Shown in pieces: positions 8,914-17,268 of a stretch of DNA of 32,000 nt (position 1 is its first letter; each line of letters starts with the position of its first letter). Position numbers and translations under genes: made by a program. Source of the DNA: Candidatus Electrothrix yaqonensis (GTDB lineage Bacteria; Desulfobacterota; Desulfobulbia; Desulfobulbales; Desulfobulbaceae); contig CP178758.1 of assembly GCA_047651235.1 (NCBI GenBank), forward strand, positions 1,800,001 to 1,832,000. The letters run 5' to 3'. The notes beneath the pieces were generated by a model. The model was given only the letters and a program-made list of their open reading frames with translations. It did no database searches and was not told the origin of the DNA.

Positions 8914-9292
8914 AAATACCCTCTTTGAGCTGTTTCCGTTTGTATTCTTTTGTGTTTTCTGCAGTTATACGGTAAAGTCGGACTTTGCAGCGGGTTTATG
9001 ATTTTCGATTCTCAGCTGTTGAGCTGTTTGAGCTGCTGCTGCGATAAAAAAAATAAAGAAAAGTCCGAACAGATGATGACTGCAAGTTACATGGCGTCTA
9101 TGATGATCAAAAATCGTCCTATTCTACTCCACCTTTGCCAAGTTTGCAAAGTTGTAAATAGGAAATCAAGGGAAACACTCCGGCGGAAAAGCGGGGGAAG
9201 GGAAGTATGATGAACGGTGATGATCGGGTTTCCCGCAGATTTCTTGACTTGCTTCGTCTATTTTCTGCTGTTAGAATACCGGAGATTATCCA

Positions 9293-10192
9293 GTGAGTTT
9301 CCTTCCACCAAAGATGCGGACTGAAAGGATGGCGGGCAGAGAAGAGGAACGCGGGGGATGGCTGTTTCGGCGGTGCTGTCTGAACATTCTGGCAGGATTC
9401 AGATTCAGAGGAATGCCGGAAACCACCCAAGCCCTTGAACATGAGATCCAGGAGCTGCTGGAGGACGGTGAGGAACAGGGCCTGATCAGCAGCCATGAAG
9501 AGCAGCTTATTACGGCTATCTTTCATTTCCGCGCCACAGTCGCGTCCGAGATCATGACACCCACAGCTGAAATAATTCGGGCCGGTGTAGACAGTTCTGT
9601 GCAGGAGATGGCGCGCCTGATCAGTGAGGAAGGATATACCAGAATACCGGTTTTCAGCGGCAGCCAGGATAATATTATCGGTATCCTCCATGCAAAAGAC
9701 CTGCTCAGGATTTTTGATCAGGATCAAAATCAGGAAACACCGGCCCGGCTGGAGGACTGTCTGAATCTGCCCATGGTGATTCCGGAGTCCAAACCGGTTA
9801 TCGAACTGCTCCGTGAGTTTCAGGCGAAAAAGAATCATCTGGCTATTGTCAAGGATGAATTCGGCGGTGTGCGCGGCCTGATTACTCTTGAAGATGTCAT
9901 TGAAGAAATCGTCGGCGAGATTGATGATGAGCATGATCAGGTGGAACGGGAAATTATGGAGGTTGATCAGCAGACCATCCTGGCGGACGCTAAAATTGAT
10001 ATTGAAATTGTAGAAAGGCATTTCCAATGCCGGCTGCCTGACGGCCCTTATGAATCTGTGGGCGGTCTGATTATTCATCGTCTGGGCAGGATGCCGCAGA
10101 ACGGGGATACCGTGAAGGCAGGCCCCCTGACTTTAACCGTGCTGGTGACAGGCCCGCGCCGGGTCCGTACCGTGAGAATCCGCAAATTATGA
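9293..10192 (+). CDS. corC: CorC/HlyC-family protein (CBS-pair plus CorC_HlyC transporter-associated domain)
   Basis: 299-aa ORF that is collinear by eye with E. coli CorC: EEQLITAIFHFRATVASEIMTP, HLAIVKDEFGGVRGLITLEDVIEEIVGEIDDEHD, and the C-terminal GGLIIHRLGRMPQNGD. A GTG at 9293 lies 8 nt after GGAG (9281-9284). ATGs at 9314 and 9329 are alternative starts. The stop overlaps the lnt start (ATGA). Confidence 0.88.
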   Translation: MSFLPPKMRTERMAGREEERGGWLFRRCCLNILAGFRFRGMPETTQALEHEIQELLEDGEEQGLISSHEEQLITAIFHFRATVASEIMTPTAEIIRAGVDSSVQEMARLISEEGYTRIPVFSGSQDNIIGILHAKDLLRIFDQDQNQETPARLEDCLNLPMVIPESKPVIELLREFQAKKNHLAIVKDEFGGVRGLITLEDVIEEIVGEIDDEHDQVEREIMEVDQQTILADAKIDIEIVERHFQCRLPDGPYESVGGLIIHRLGRMPQNGDTVKAGPLTLTVLVTGPRRVRTVRIRKL

Positions 10193-11832
10193 CAGGCCCC
10201 TCATCTGATACCGATGCTCTCCCGTTGAGCGGTCCTGCTTCTGCAGGCTGCGCCGCATTCACTGCTGCGCTGCTGCTCCTGGCTATGCCGGGACCGGCAG
10301 GAGGATACACAGGCTGGTGGCCCTTGGTTTTTATTGCCCTTGTGCCGCTGCTTTCAGCACTGGCCCGTCTCCGGCCGAGCCGAGGCTTATGTACGGGGCT
10401 GTTGTGCGGCCTGCTGTACAATCTCGGCCTGCTCTACTGGGTTGCCCCGGTTCTGCAGCGCTACGGTGGAATACATATGGTGGTGGCTGTTGCGGCCCTG
10501 TTCGTTCTTGCCCTATATATGGCTCTGTATTTCGGCCTATTCAGCCTTCTAATTACCTGGCTGATTGCCAGAGGGGAGAAAAAGGAAGCAGCTTCCGCTA
10601 TCCTGCTCACCGCGCCGGTGGTCTGGGTGGGCCTTGATGTCCTGCGGGGATATTTACTGACCGGTTTTCCTTGGATGGATCTCGGCTATGCCCTGTACCG
10701 GCAGCCGTTGCTGATTCAGGCGGCTGATCTCGGCGGGCAGCATCTGCTCACCTTCTGTATTGTGCTGGCCAACGGGCTGATCTACTGGCTGTTCGGCAGA
10801 CTCTGTTTTCCTTTTTTCTCTGTTCCTGCCGAAAAACGGTACGGAGCTGCTGCGGCAGGGCTGGTGCTGCTGTGCGGTGCGGGCGGGTATTCCGTGCTCC
10901 GTTATCGACAGGTTCAGCAGGTAGTCTCCGGAGAGGGAACTGCCGTCATGCTTTCCGTGGCAGCGGTTCAGGGTAATATTGAGCAGGGTGAAAAATGGGC
11001 CCCTCCGCTTAAGGAAGAGACCGTGAACCGCTATCTCGCCCTGTCCGGTCAAGTTCTTGCGCAGGAGAAGAAACCGGAGCTGCTGGTCTGGCCGGAAACA
11101 GCGCTGCCCTTTTATCCGCCCAGAGAACCACTCATGGCCAGGGTCCGTGAATTTATCCAAAAGGAGAAGGTTTACCTGCTCACTGGTGCGCCGTATTTCA
11201 CAGTGGCTCCAGAGGAAGAAAAAAAAATCGCCTATTATAACAGCGCCCTGCTCCTTAATCATTCCGGTAAACTGGAAGCACGGTATAATAAACAACATCT
11301 GGTGCCTTTCGGAGAATATGTTCCTCTGCGGGACTATCTCTGGTTTGTGCGGCCGCTGGTTGAACTGATCGGGGATTTTACTCCCGGCGAATCTGTTGAG
11401 CCTTTGGAGGCCGGAAACCTCCGGGCCGGGGTGCTGATCTGCTTTGAATCCGCTTTTCCCGATATTGCCCGGCGGGAAACTGCTGCCGGAGCCAACCTGC
11501 TGGTGAATATGACCAATGACGCTTGGTACGGCGAATCCAGCGCACCGCACCATTCCTGGGCAATGACTGTGCTGCGGGCTGTAGAGAACCGGCGCGGACT
11601 GGTGCGGGCAGCCAATACCGGCATCAGCGGTGTTGTGGAACCGACAGGAAAAATCCGTCAGCAGACCCCGCTGTTTACCGATGAAGTCATCCATGATCAA
11701 CTTCCTCTGCTGAATAGGCAGACCGTGTTTGTCCGGGGCGGTTACAGATTCGGCTCCCTGTGCCTGGCTCTGATTCCGGTGCTGCTGATTCTGTCGGCGG
11801 TAAGGCGCAGCGACAGACGGAAAAGCGGTTGA
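10189..11832 (+). CDS. lnt: Apolipoprotein N-acyltransferase
   Basis: 547-aa ORF with a multi-TM N-terminal half followed by a CN-hydrolase domain. The catalytic context is LLVWPETALP (Glu), YNKQHLVPFGEY (Lys) and VLICFESAFP (Cys). The corC-lnt order is conserved in many proteobacteria. Confidence 0.93.
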   Translation: MTGPSSDTDALPLSGPASAGCAAFTAALLLLAMPGPAGGYTGWWPLVFIALVPLLSALARLRPSRGLCTGLLCGLLYNLGLLYWVAPVLQRYGGIHMVVAVAALFVLALYMALYFGLFSLLITWLIARGEKKEAASAILLTAPVVWVGLDVLRGYLLTGFPWMDLGYALYRQPLLIQAADLGGQHLLTFCIVLANGLIYWLFGRLCFPFFSVPAEKRYGAAAAGLVLLCGAGGYSVLRYRQVQQVVSGEGTAVMLSVAAVQGNIEQGEKWAPPLKEETVNRYLALSGQVLAQEKKPELLVWPETALPFYPPREPLMARVREFIQKEKVYLLTGAPYFTVAPEEEKKIAYYNSALLLNHSGKLEARYNKQHLVPFGEYVPLRDYLWFVRPLVELIGDFTPGESVEPLEAGNLRAGVLICFESAFPDIARRETAAGANLLVNMTNDAWYGESSAPHHSWAMTVLRAVENRRGLVRAANTGISGVVEPTGKIRQQTPLFTDEVIHDQLPLLNRQTVFVRGGYRFGSLCLALIPVLLILSAVRRSDRRKSG

Positions 11833-11837
11833 TACTT

Positions 11838-12131
11838 ATGAAGTATATAAGAATCTTAGCAGCAACAACAGAAGGATGGTACAAGGTGACCAAAGAAAAA
11901 AATTATATCGGCGTCAGCCGGGATGGGGACGGAACTTGGCAGTTTACTGTCCGCAAGGCGAACGGCAAGATGAAAGTCGGGACCGGCTACAGCACGGCCA
12001 AGGTGGCGGCCCTGATGCGGGATGAATATATTCTCCGCCACGGACTGGATGAAAAAAGTAATTTTCCGGTCAAACGGATAGCGAAAATGCGCAATGAAGC
12101 CTATGAACAGATGTTCGGCAAAGCAGATTAA
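11838..12131 (+). CDS. Small stand-alone AP2-domain (DNA-binding) protein
   Basis: The ATG at 11838 gives 97 aa; the track ORF from 11760 would overlap lnt. YIGVSRDGDGTWQFTVRKANGKMKVGTGYSTAKVAALMRDEYILRHGLDEKSNFP follows the AP2 pattern YxGV...W.a.i...gk...lG.f.t...AA.a.D.......G.....NFP. Confidence 0.6.
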   Translation: MKYIRILAATTEGWYKVTKEKNYIGVSRDGDGTWQFTVRKANGKMKVGTGYSTAKVAALMRDEYILRHGLDEKSNFPVKRIAKMRNEAYEQMFGKAD

Positions 12132-12227
12132 TATCGTGCCTATGCAATGAATCGCCCCGTTTCAGCGGGGTGGGCTCCATCCCTTTACATTCATTCCATT
12201 CACCATAAAATAAAGAACTAAGAGACA

Positions 12228-13338
12228 ATGGCAGAACTGACAGAAACCGCAGAAGCGAAACAGAAGCTCCAGGAACTGAAAGAGAAAATGCTCGCCCTGA
12301 AGGAGCATCTTTGACTTGGACGGCAAGAAACTCGATATTGAACGTCTGGAGTCCGAGTCGCTTGCCCCTGATTTCTGGAATGATCAGGCCAGGGCAAAGA
12401 GAGTTCAGAAGCAGTTGGGCCAGCTGCAGGATCTGATCGGCAACTGGGAGCGGCATTTTCAGGACCTAGAAGAAGCGGAAATGCTGCTGGATATGGCAGT
12501 GGAGGAGCAGGACCGGGAAACGCAGCAGGAGGTCGAAGCGTCTCTGGATCAGCTGCGGGACCGGGTGAACATGGTCGAGCTGGAGTGCATGTTCGACGGT
12601 GAGCATGACGACAGCAATGCCCTGCTGACCATTCATGCCGGTGCAGGCGGCACCGAGGCCCAGGACTGGGTTTCCATCCTTCTGCGTATGTATCTGCGCT
12701 GGGCCGAGGCGCATAATTTTCCCGCTGATATTCTTGATTACCTGCCCGGTGACGAGGCAGGAGTCAAGTCGGTGACCGTGCGCATCAAAGGCAAAAACGC
12801 CTACGGCTATACCCGGTCCGAGGTCGGGATTCATCGGCTGGTGCGGATCTCACCCTTTGATTCCTCCGGCCGCCGGCATACCTCCTTTGCTTCGGTCATG
12901 GTCCTGCCGGAACTGGATGATACCATTGAGGTGGATATCAACGAGAAAGATCTGCGGATCGATACCTATCGGGCCAGCGGCGCAGGCGGGCAGCATGTCA
13001 ACAAGACCGACTCGGCCATCCGGATCACCCATCTGCCCACAGGCATTGTGGTGCAGTGTCAGAACGAGCGTTCTCAGCACCGTAACAAGGACATGGCCAT
13101 GAAAATGCTGATGGCCCGGCTCTATGAAAAACAGCAGGAGGAACAGGCTCAGGCCCAGGAAAATCTCCACGGCGACAAGAAGGAGATCGCCTGGGGCAGC
13201 CAGATCCGCTCCTATGTACTTCAGCCGTACCGGCTGATCAAGGATCATCGCACCGAGCTTGAGGAGGGCAATGTGGATGCCGTTCTGGACGGTCGGCTGG
13301 ACCCGTTTATCCGGGCATTTCTGCTGTGGCGGCCGTGA
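12228..13338 (+). CDS. prfB: Peptide chain release factor 2, requires a +1 programmed frameshift at 12312
   Basis: Frame 0 starts at ATG 12228 (MAELTETAEAKQKLQELKEKMLALKEHL) and ends at CTT TGA C (12309-12315). The +1 frame continues GAC TTG GAC... and contains the SPF motif (RISPFDSSGRRHTSFASV) and the GGQ motif (ASGAGGQHVNKTDSAIRITH). The ORF track shows only the 12316..13338 part. Confidence 0.93.
12301..12315 (+). promoter_or_regulatory. RF2 autoregulatory +1 frameshift site (internal SD, then CTT TGA C)
   Basis: The sequence is aggag-cat-CTT-TGA-C. The SD-like AGGAG (12301-12305) lies 3 nt before the slippery CTT (12309-12311), followed by the in-frame TGA (12312-12314) and a C. This is the same architecture as the E. 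coli prfB site. Confidence 0.9.
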
Positions 13339-13393
13339 GTCAGCAGAATATCCCAGGCTGAAGCCGTTGTAATGTTCGTCATGCGGATGTGAT

Positions 13394-14638
13394 GTGACCA
13401 GCAGTCGGAGACAACTGCAGGAAGCTCTGCAGTGTGCAAAATGCGGGGCCTGTGCTGCGGTCTGCCCGGTATTCCGGGTGGACGGCAGGGAGGCAATGAC
13501 AGCCAGGGGCAGGATGCATCTGCTGGCAACGGAATTTGCCGCGCATCCTTCAGCAATTTTCGAGGATGTATTTTCCCGCTGTCTGCTCTGCGGCACCTGT
13601 GAACAGGTCTGTCCCCGACAGCTGCCGGTCAAGGGGCTTGTCTCCCGCGCCCGCAGTCGTTTTTCCCGTTTTTACGGGCCGAACGGCCTGAAAAAAGCAG
13701 CAGCCTGCTCGGCCCTGAATTCTCCGCTTCTTCTGGAAGGCCTGGTCAAGACCGGAATCAGTCTGCGGCGCATCGGCAGGCTGCCAATGCATTCCGGCCT
13801 GCGTCTCAAGCTCGGTCTGCCGGAAGAACGGACCGGAGCAGGCTCACAGCTCCCATATCCGCAATTCCCTCAATCATTTCATCTGCCTCAAGAGCAGGAC
13901 AGCAGCGGAGTCAGCTATTTCAGCGGCTGTTTTTCCCGGCATCTCCAACCTTCCATCGTCCCTGCCACCCATGCGCTCCTGAACAGATGCGCTCTGCCCA
14001 CTGTTCATATCCCAAAGGAACAGCACTGCTGCGGTCTGGCTGCCTGGAGCGCGGGAAGACGGGACCAAGCACGGGTGCTTGCCCGAAAAAACATTCAGGC
14101 ATTTTCCGGATCGGACAGCCCGATCATTACCTCCTGCGCCTCCTGTTCCTCCCACCTGCTTTCCTATCCGAATCTGTTCGCCGAGCATGATCCCTGGTAT
14201 AAGCGGGCCTGTGCTTTTGCCGACCGGGTCCAGGAGTTCACCGCTTTTTTTCACGATAATCTGCCGTCCGTACCGTCTGCCAAACACCGCCCGGAACGGA
14301 TTTTTTATCATGATCCCTGTCATCTTCGGTTCACGGACAACGGCATGAGCGCACCGCGCTCCCTGCTAGACAGGATGGGGTTCTGCCGGGTAGAACCAGA
14401 AGACGGTCCGCATTGCTGCGGCCAAGGCGGCCTCTTCCAGCTCGCCTGTCCGGAACATGCAGAGAGGATTTTCCAGAAAAGCAGCCGCCGGGTTCTTGCC
14501 CTCCGGCCCGACTGCATCACGACGACCTGCTCCGGCTGTCTCATGCAGTACCAAGAGGGGATTGCCCGGCAAAAGCTGAATATCCGGGTAAAGCATATGG
14601 CAGTCCTGCTGGCTGATCTGCTCCGGGAGCAGACCTGA
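13394..14638 (+). CDS. (Fe-S)-binding oxidoreductase subunit, GlcF/HdrD-like (2 x 4Fe-4S ferredoxin motifs plus 2 CCG domains)
   Basis: 414-aa ORF with a GTG start. It has two CxxCxxCxxxCP motifs (CAKCGACAAVCP, CLLCGTCEQVCP). These are followed by two Cys-rich CCG-type modules (YFSGCF...HCCGLAAW and YHDPCHL...HCCGQGG). Confidence 0.8.
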   Translation: MTSSRRQLQEALQCAKCGACAAVCPVFRVDGREAMTARGRMHLLATEFAAHPSAIFEDVFSRCLLCGTCEQVCPRQLPVKGLVSRARSRFSRFYGPNGLKKAAACSALNSPLLLEGLVKTGISLRRIGRLPMHSGLRLKLGLPEERTGAGSQLPYPQFPQSFHLPQEQDSSGVSYFSGCFSRHLQPSIVPATHALLNRCALPTVHIPKEQHCCGLAAWSAGRRDQARVLARKNIQAFSGSDSPIITSCASCSSHLLSYPNLFAEHDPWYKRACAFADRVQEFTAFFHDNLPSVPSAKHRPERIFYHDPCHLRFTDNGMSAPRSLLDRMGFCRVEPEDGPHCCGQGGLFQLACPEHAERIFQKSSRRVLALRPDCITTTCSGCLMQYQEGIARQKLNIRVKHMAVLLADLLREQT

Positions 14639-14682
14639 TTCCGGCAGGACATCTGCTGTAACGAATTTCTGCTGCTGTCGCC

Positions 14683-15471
14683 TTATTTTTTGGCAGAGGC
14701 TATTTTCACATACAGACCGGTGACCTGATGGGCCAAGTTAGTGACCTCGTCCGTATTGGTCAGCACCATGAGGGGCAGACCGCCTTTGCGCACACTGAGA
14801 AAATAGGGAGAGATCTGTTCCCACCGCTGCTTCATTTTGTCGAGAAGCATGTTGATCTGATCGGTATTCCGTTCTTCTTTGCGCAGCCGGTCAAGTGCTG
14901 TTTCAAATTCCGAAACAGCGGTCTTCAGTTTCTGCACAGTATCGTTGTCCTGGAACCCGGCCTGATAGGCTATATACAATTTGGAGACCCGCTGTGACAG
15001 CATGCGTTGCCTGCCGGATATATTAATGATATCGTCAAGATGTTTACCGGAGAGTCCTTCGATCAGCAGAACTACTTCATGACAGGAACTCAGTAAAGTT
15101 TCGCTCAACTCCAGAACCAGGGCGGCATCCTTTTTGTTATAAGGTTTGGTGACCAGCTCCTTATAATCTGCAAAGGCCAGCGCGATAAAGGACAGTGTCT
15201 CCTGTACCTCACTGTCCTCCACTTTTTTCAACTTTTCGAGACTGTTTTCAAAGCGTGTGAGAGCCTGCTCCATCTGAATACGGGTCTCTTTCTGCGAAAT
15301 TCCCAGGCCATAATAAAAATAGGCTTTGGCAATCCGCTGTGACAGCATACGCTGTCTGCCGGATATATTGACCATTTCAGAAAGATTATCAGCAGCATGC
15401 AGGGGTTCTGCCAGAAAAGCGGCAAAGAGAACCATAAGCAGGGTGACCATTCGGAATTTTTTACTGTACAT
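14683..15471 (-). CDS. Periplasmic protein made of two PilJ/NarX-type (P-box) sensor-like domains
   Basis: The start is taken at ATG 15471 (MYSKKF...), which is preceded by GGAGGAGG; the track start at 15486 is 5 codons upstream. The signal peptide is MVTLLMVLFAAFLAEPLHA. The motif ISGRQRMLSQR(I/V) occurs twice (INISGRQRMLSQRIAKAY and INISGRQRMLSQRVSKLY), as in the N-terminal domain of PilJ chemoreceptors and NarX/NarQ P-boxes. There is no transmitter domain. Confidence 0.7.
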   Translation of the reverse strand: MYSKKFRMVTLLMVLFAAFLAEPLHAADNLSEMVNISGRQRMLSQRIAKAYFYYGLGISQKETRIQMEQALTRFENSLEKLKKVEDSEVQETLSFIALAFADYKELVTKPYNKKDAALVLELSETLLSSCHEVVLLIEGLSGKHLDDIINISGRQRMLSQRVSKLYIAYQAGFQDNDTVQKLKTAVSEFETALDRLRKEERNTDQINMLLDKMKQRWEQISPYFLSVRKGGLPLMVLTNTDEVTNLAHQVTGLYVKIASAKK

Positions 15472-15767
15472 AAGAGCCTCCTCCATATTGCAGCAGTTAC
15501 ACGGTTACGGCAGAAAAACAGAACAGCACTTTACGGTTTCTGATCCGGCTCTGCCTGAAATGGGCCTATTTTTATTAAATCACACGTAAAAATATCTTTC
15601 AACAGAAGGTACACTGTGTTCGGCAGAAAAAATGGCCGTCCTGTCTTGAGATGATGAAGACCACTTCAGTCTCAGTTCCGTCGGTGAGCAGCAGACAGGC
15701 GCAACCGGACCATATCAGTGGTCTCTTTTCGGGTAGAATCCTATAACAACCCGATGTTTCCTGATTA

Positions 15768-16550
15768 CTATCGGACAAGGATAACAGCAGTGCCGCCGTC
15801 AGCGGCTTTCAACGTCAATGTATTCCCGTTGATATGATAGCTGTTCACTGTCTGCAAGGCCGCGATGAAGTCCTGTTCCTGCTGCATTATATTCCCGTCC
15901 GTACAGAGCATCGCGCTTCTCAGCAGCCGTCCGAGTTGAAGCGTCTGATCGGCAGTGTTGTATGTATAGTCGCCGGAATAACTGTTACACCCGGATGAGC
16001 CTGAAATCCTGCCGTTGGTGTCGAAATTCGCTGTCAGTTTCCGGCCGCTGTTGTTTATTCTCATGATTGTACCCTGACCATTATCGTAGCCGCTCACGTT
16101 CCAGAATGTCCCGGGCAATTCCTGATTCTGCGGCAGAAAAACTGCTGAAACCGTGCCGTCAGCAGTCAGCAGGGTCAGATGACCGTTCTCTGTCCGGTAG
16201 GCGACTGCCTGCTTCAGGGCTGTGGTGAATGCTGCGGCCTGCTGCATAATCGGTACAGGACATGCCTTTTCCGTCGAGGCCATTTCCTCGCTGATATTGA
16301 TTACACTGTTTCCGGCTGTATAGGTACTCCAATACTGATTGCAGCCGTCACTGCCATCAACCTTACCCTTGTCGGAAAAATTCAGGGTCATCGCCGGGGA
16401 TGATGCAACCGGGTTGCCGCCCAGCTCTGTCAGCAGCCAGCTGGTGCCGCTCAACAGGTCAGTCCCCCCGTCCGGCGGATTGAAAATACATCCTGCCAGC
16501 ATCAGTCCGACAAATATTGTCAGAATTACCGTAATTTTTTTTGATGTCAT
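15768..16550 (-). CDS. Lipoprotein with two tandem META (HslJ-like) domains
   Basis: 260-aa ORF with the lipobox LMLAGC after a signal sequence. It has two repeats of the META pattern: LxGTxWxL...L.F...G.vsGs.GCN.Y.g.Y...... (GTSWLLTEL...VDGSDGCNQYWSTY and GTFWNVSGY...ISGSSGCNSYSGDY). Confidence 0.8.
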   Translation of the reverse strand: MTSKKITVILTIFVGLMLAGCIFNPPDGGTDLLSGTSWLLTELGGNPVASSPAMTLNFSDKGKVDGSDGCNQYWSTYTAGNSVINISEEMASTEKACPVPIMQQAAAFTTALKQAVAYRTENGHLTLLTADGTVSAVFLPQNQELPGTFWNVSGYDNGQGTIMRINNSGRKLTANFDTNGRISGSSGCNSYSGDYTYNTADQTLQLGRLLRSAMLCTDGNIMQQEQDFIAALQTVNSYHINGNTLTLKAADGGTAVILVR

Positions 16551-16648
16551 GATAAATCTCCTGTGTTTTTTGTTGAGCAGTTTTTAACTTTGTTTTTCTT
16601 TCAATATCCTGGTGATAACAGACTTATTCCTTTTTAAAAATCGGGTAA

Positions 16649-16885
16649 ATGCGTCCAAAAGACGATGCCGCGCAACGCGAACATTACAGCGGTAAAAAAA
16701 AGACATGCCGTCAGAAACACCGTAATGTCGATCCTTGACAAAGCGATATTTTTTCTCGGCGGAACTTTCTCCGGTCACACGCATGACTATACGATGCTCA
16801 AAGAGGAATTTCCACCCGAAAAGGGATGGTTTCAGTTTCTTCATGTCCTTGTCGATTCCGGGTATCAGGGAATCGTCTCCGATTA
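16649..16885 (+). pseudogene. Remnant of an IS4/IS5-superfamily DDE transposase (frameshifted and truncated)
   Basis: One frame reads RPKDDAAQREHYSGKKK up to an A8 run (16694-16701). The next frame continues RHAVRNTVMSILDKAIFFLGGTFSGHTHDYTMLKEEF...LVDSGYQGI. Joined, they give the YSGKKKRH...G..HD....K....D.GYQG core of DDE_Tnp_4/IS5-like transposases. A stop lies just upstream (16646-16648), similarity is lost after ~16885, and I found no terminal inverted repeats. Confidence 0.6.
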
Positions 16886-17268
16886 TAGGGCCCTGAAATC
16901 GTCAAGACAGAACGCCGCATCTCGGCGGACCTGGAAAAATACGGCGCTCTGCTCGCACCCCCGCCGTCCAGTCAAAGCAAATTCGACCAGATGCTGGAAT
17001 GGGCGCAAAAGCAGCAGGGGAAATAGAAGCGTTTCGCGAAATACCCTGAGAATAATCGAATCCTCCCTGAACATATCCTCAACATGGGAACACGGGTTGA
17101 CGGGACGTATCGGCTGTGGTAATGACCTGTAATCTGTTTCTGTTCCAGATAGATTTATCGAACCGGGGGCAGCTGGCGTATACTGCGCCCGCATAAATAT
17201 TTTTATACTTTAATATTTTTATACTTTCCATCTGATGTTCCGGTTCAGCCGGTAAAAGGAGCTTCTCC

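Noticed and set aside
8950-9210. An 86-aa ORF in the accC-corC gap, examined as a possible missing BCCP.
   Set aside because: It has no biotinyl-lysine (E-A-M-K-M type) motif or Ala/Pro-rich linker. It is a Cys/Met/Lys-rich, low-complexity sequence in AT-rich promoter DNA.
9119-10078. A 319-aa minus-strand ORF opposite corC. The same applies to 10654..11700(-) opposite lnt, 12850..13632(-) opposite prfB and the Fe-S gene, 17476..18327(-) opposite the aminotransferase, and 25243..26620(-) and 27620..28249(-) opposite ntrY and ntrX.
   Set aside because: All of these overlap strongly supported genes on the other strand and show no family motifs, so they are shadow ORFs.
11760-11837. An upstream extension of the AP2-domain ORF (track start 11760).
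   Set aside because: It would overlap the last 73 nt of lnt in another frame and adds only low-complexity residues. The ATG at 11838, just after the lnt stop, is the natural start.
15658-15724. An 8-bp inverted repeat, agaccact (15658-15665) / agtggtct (15717-15724), followed by cttttc and located downstream of the META gene.
   Set aside because: The arms are 51 nt apart and there is no supporting inner structure. An 8-bp match within a 280-nt spacer is not clearly beyond chance.
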